Shown piece after piece: positions 60,683-64,000 of a stretch of DNA of 64,000 bases. The stretch comes from Candidatus Thorarchaeota archaeon. GTDB taxonomy: Archaea > Asgardarchaeota > Thorarchaeia > Thorarchaeales > Thorarchaeaceae. Every line of letters starts with the position of its first letter. Within the stretch, counting starts at the first letter, position 1. Both the position numbers and the translations under genes were made by a program. Where the stretch lies: contig DXJO01000007.1 of NCBI GenBank assembly GCA_019057475.1, forward strand, positions 32,001 to 96,000, given 5' to 3'. Below the pieces are notes generated by a model that saw only the letters and a list, made by a program, of their open reading frames with translations, was not told the DNA's origin and ran no database searches.

Positions 60683-62017
60683 ATGGTGCGAGTCATTCCA
60701 TTCAAGGCCTACAGATACGAAAAGTCCAAGGTCAAGGATTTGTCGCAGGTTGTAACGCCTCCATACGATGTGATGAAGGGCGAGAAGGTTGACGAGTTCC
60801 AAAGGCGTTCCGAGCATAGTATCGCGTGGATTATCAAGAATAAGCCAGAAGAGGGTGACACGAGCCAGAACAACCAGTACACTCGAGCTGGTAATATACT
60901 CAACAAGTGGATCGACGGCGGCATCCTAGTCCCCGACGATAGAGAGAGCTTCTATGTGTACGGTCAGGACTTCAAAGTTGATGGCAAAAGTCTATTCCGA
61001 TTTGGCTTCATCGGGCTCATCAAGCTTGAGGAATTCGCTAAGGATGTTCAGGTGAGCAAGAATGTTTTCAAGGGCGTTCTTCAGCACGAGGAAACCTTTC
61101 CAAAGGATATCCAAGATAGACTCAATCTGTCCAGGAACTGCATGGCACAGTTTGGTCAAATCTTCGTCATCTACCCGGATCACAAGGGGGATGTTGACAA
61201 AGTTCTGGAGAAGTACATGAAGAACGTGCCAACCACAGACATCACAGATTCCAAGGGCATACACCATAGATTGTGGCGCATTGATAATCCAGAAGATACC
61301 AAGATGATTACCAAACATATGGAGAATAAGTATGTCATTATCGCAGATGGACATCATCGCTATAAGACCGCATTGGCACTCTCCGAAGAGAATCCTGATT
61401 TGGAAACCGCCAAATACCGGATGCTTTCATTTGTGAACATGAGCAATCCCGGACTCGTAATCCTTCCAACTCACAGACGGATACAGAACCTCGAAGCCTT
61501 TTCCAAGGAGAAACTCTTGGAGCAGCTTAATGCTTACTTCAAGGTTGTTGAGTTCAAATCCAAAGACAGCATGTTTGAACTGATGAATAAACAGTTCGAC
61601 GAGGGCAATCATGCATTCGGACTCTTCATGGATGATGGCAAGTTCTACGCTCTCATCTTGAAGAACAAGCGAATCATGAACGATCTTCTTCCAGATAAAT
61701 CGGAAGAACTCCGCGGATTGGACGTAGCAATACTGCATACGTTGATTCTGGACAAGACGCTTGGAATTGACAAGAAAAAGCTCGCAGCTGGCAGCATTAA
61801 GGGCGGGGGCTACGTGTCCTACATCAAGGGAATCGGCGATGCAGTCGACGAATCAATAAGGGCAGTCGAGGGCGATGCCCAAGCCGTATTCTTCATGAAT
61901 CCAACTCGTATTGGAGAAGTAGAGGCGGTTTCCAGGAACTTCGAAGTCATGCCGCAGAAGAGTACATTTTTCTTCCCTAAAATCTACACAGGTTTTACGA
62001 TTAACAAATTGAAATAG
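60683..62017 (+). CDS. DUF1015 family protein
   Basis: PPYDV, HEET, IADGHHRY, PTHR, MPQKSTFFFPK. Directly upstream of serC. Confidence 0.9.
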   Translation: MVRVIPFKAYRYEKSKVKDLSQVVTPPYDVMKGEKVDEFQRRSEHSIAWIIKNKPEEGDTSQNNQYTRAGNILNKWIDGGILVPDDRESFYVYGQDFKVDGKSLFRFGFIGLIKLEEFAKDVQVSKNVFKGVLQHEETFPKDIQDRLNLSRNCMAQFGQIFVIYPDHKGDVDKVLEKYMKNVPTTDITDSKGIHHRLWRIDNPEDTKMITKHMENKYVIIADGHHRYKTALALSEENPDLETAKYRMLSFVNMSNPGLVILPTHRRIQNLEAFSKEKLLEQLNAYFKVVEFKSKDSMFELMNKQFDEGNHAFGLFMDDGKFYALILKNKRIMNDLLPDKSEELRGLDVAILHTLILDKTLGIDKKKLAAGSIKGGGYVSYIKGIGDAVDESIRAVEGDAQAVFFMNPTRIGEVEAVSRNFEVMPQKSTFFFPKIYTGFTINKLK

Positions 62018-62030
62018 CAAGGTGACAGTT

Positions 62031-63116
62031 ATGACAAAAAGAGCTTACAACTTCTATGCAGGCCCTGCAACAATGGCGCTCCCCGTCATAGAGCGGGCTA
62101 AGAAGGAACTACTGGATTTCCAGGGTACCGGAATGTCAATCATGGAGATTTCTCACAGGTCGAAGGAGTATGACAAGGTACACCATGATGCAATGGATCT
62201 TGTCACTGAGCTGATGGGACTCCCAAGCGACTACAAGGTAATGTGGCTACAGGGCGGAGCATCATCTCAATTCTACCAAGTGCCGCTGAACCTGCAGCTT
62301 CCAGGAAAACCCATGGAGTACGTGAACACGGGGGTTTGGTCCAAGAAGGCGATTGCTGAGGCAAAGCTGTACGGGGAGGTAAGGGTCGTTGCTTCATCGG
62401 AGGACAAGACATTTTCCTATATTCCAAAAGATTTGGACTTCAGCGATGACGCAGCATTTGTACATATATCCGGCAACAATACGATATATGGCACCGAATG
62501 GAGCAAGGAGCCCAAAGTCCCATCGGGCGTACCACTCGTATCTGACATGTCATCGAGCCTCATGAACAAGGTGATCGACCCCAAGAAGTACGGAGTCATG
62601 TACGCAGGCGCGCAAAAGAACTTGGGCCCGGCTGGAGTGACCTTGGTGATTGTTAGAGAAGACCTCCTTGGCAGAGTTCCAGAGAACGCACCAACAATGC
62701 TGAAGTGGAGTACACATGCTGCAAAGGACTCCATGTTCAATACACCTCCGGCGCTAGCGATTTATCTCTGCAAGCTCTCTCTAGAGTACACAAAGGAGAT
62801 TGGAGGTGTTCCAGAGCTAGAGAAGAGAAACAAGGAGAAAGCAAAGATTCTCTATGACCTGATAGATGGGTCTAACGGCTTCTACAAGGGTCATGCAGAG
62901 AAAGACTCGAGGTCCCTCATGAACGTGACTTTCAATTTGAAGGACAAGGACTTGGAATCCAAGGCAGTGGAAGAGGGCCTTGCAAGAGGTCTCGTGGGAC
63001 TCAAAGGACATCGTTCAGTGGGCGGAATGCGAGCATCAATCTACAACGCTATGCCTATTGACGGCGTTAAGGCGTTAGCAGAGTTTCTCAAGGAATTTCA
63101 AGAGAAGAACGAGTAG
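62031..63116 (+). CDS. serC: Phosphoserine aminotransferase
   Basis: NFYAGPA, EISHRS, QGGAS, DMSS, AGAQKNLGPAG, KGHRSVGGMRASIYNA. Confidence 0.96.
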   Translation: MTKRAYNFYAGPATMALPVIERAKKELLDFQGTGMSIMEISHRSKEYDKVHHDAMDLVTELMGLPSDYKVMWLQGGASSQFYQVPLNLQLPGKPMEYVNTGVWSKKAIAEAKLYGEVRVVASSEDKTFSYIPKDLDFSDDAAFVHISGNNTIYGTEWSKEPKVPSGVPLVSDMSSSLMNKVIDPKKYGVMYAGAQKNLGPAGVTLVIVREDLLGRVPENAPTMLKWSTHAAKDSMFNTPPALAIYLCKLSLEYTKEIGGVPELEKRNKEKAKILYDLIDGSNGFYKGHAEKDSRSLMNVTFNLKDKDLESKAVEEGLARGLVGLKGHRSVGGMRASIYNAMPIDGVKALAEFLKEFQEKNE

Positions 63117-63173
63117 AATCGTTTCAGAATTGGAGGAGGCCCAAAAGTCCCTCCACTTCTACTTCTTTACCGG

Positions 63174-63539
63174 TTACTTGCCTACACGCCTCTTTGAGAA
63201 CTTATCAACAACTAGGTGGAGCTGTTCATTCAGTTCAGGAATCGAAGCTTGCTCCAATATTCCGTTGTAGGTTCGCTTCATGATGAATCCGTCTACCTGC
63301 ACGTTCAGATTGCGCATGGACCTACTCTTGAAGAATCTCCTAAACACCGAAACGATGGGAATCAATACGCCACCAGGCAACTTATTCTTCAAGAGGTCAC
63401 GACAACTTCCACAATCCACCAACACAACTGTGTGCTCCCCATCGACGAGAATCTCGACTGGGATACGCTTCTTTGGACCTCTCGCAATGCGTCCAGCTCT
63501 CTCACTGTATTCCAGCTGGAACTCACCAAGTTGCTTCAT
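63174..63539 (-). CDS. Hypothetical protein (121 aa)
   Basis: ORF with a CxxC (DCGSC). Start uncertain. Confidence 0.65.
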   Translation of the reverse strand: MKQLGEFQLEYSERAGRIARGPKKRIPVEILVDGEHTVVLVDCGSCRDLLKNKLPGGVLIPIVSVFRRFFKSRSMRNLNVQVDGFIMKRTYNGILEQASIPELNEQLHLVVDKFSKRRVGK

Positions 63540-63669
63540 TGCATACCCCTTAGGAGCGTTCTATGGATAAGTGTACCTCATCTGATAGTTATGTGTTAGC
63601 AGCTATGAACAAAGGAAATGTGTCGATAGAGGAGAACCCCTCCATCAACACGATCATCGAAAGCGAACT

Positions 63670-64000
63670 CTAGCTCCCACGTGACTTTCTGCGGCCGAGA
63701 AGCATAGCAATCACTATGAACGCTAGGATAGCGCTGAGCATCATGGCGAGTAGGAGGTAGTCGGGTTCATCAGGCAAGGGCGGTGATGGAGTAGTTGTTT
63801 CAGTGGGAGTTGTTGGAGTCGTAGTTCCCGTCGAAGACTGCACAGTGTACATGTAGTCATCTGATACAGCCCAGTTGCCTAGGGTGTCAACTGCGTAGAT
63901 CCTGAACGTGACCTCGGTTCCAGCTGAGAACTGAGGTATTGCTCCTTCGTAGTGAGTACCATTGCACACCATCGTCACGTTGTTCCAAGCAGTTCCATTG
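63670..64000 (-). CDS. C-terminus of a cell-surface protein (truncated by the window edge)
   Basis: Ig-like FRIYAVDTLGN, Thr/Pro linker, TM helix and RRKSR. Confidence 0.8.
   Translation of the reverse strand, partial: NGTAWNNVTMVCNGTHYEGAIPQFSAGTEVTFRIYAVDTLGNWAVSDDYMYTVQSSTGTTTPTTPTETTTPSPPLPDEPDYLLLAMMLSAILAFIVIAMLLGRRKSRGS

Overview
Archaeal chromosomal window, most likely an Asgard archaeon (Thorarchaeota-like). This is inferred from radA, top6A/B, geranylgeranyl reductase and cofE, together with eukaryotic-signature proteins (Rab-like GTPase, roadblock/LC7, TPR-longin) and grpE-dnaK-dnaJ. Most of the window is housekeeping or metabolic, plus a cluster of three membrane-anchored subtilases. 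No rRNA, tRNA or CRISPR array was found. Four signals are not explained by the ORF track. (1) Two paralogous 33/35-aa peptide genes (16568-16669 and 16821-16928, minus) lie directly upstream of a tandem pair of MFS transporters; they diverge mostly at synonymous sites, have their own TATA boxes and share a TGTGACC motif with the transporter promoter region, suggesting an undescribed peptide-transporter module. (2) A 5'-truncated TnpB element has disrupted a nitroreductase, and its two-hairpin 3' end (putative omegaRNA) recurs about 7 kb away as a stand-alone, structurally conserved copy with a different flank. (3) A 121-nt self-complementary intergenic element is a candidate ncRNA. (4) Several proteins have unusual architectures: Top6A with H1-like and RadA-type HhH extensions, a TFS paralogue lacking the catalytic ribbon, and a Cys-less Nox-like flavoprotein. 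All calls were made by eye, without database searches.
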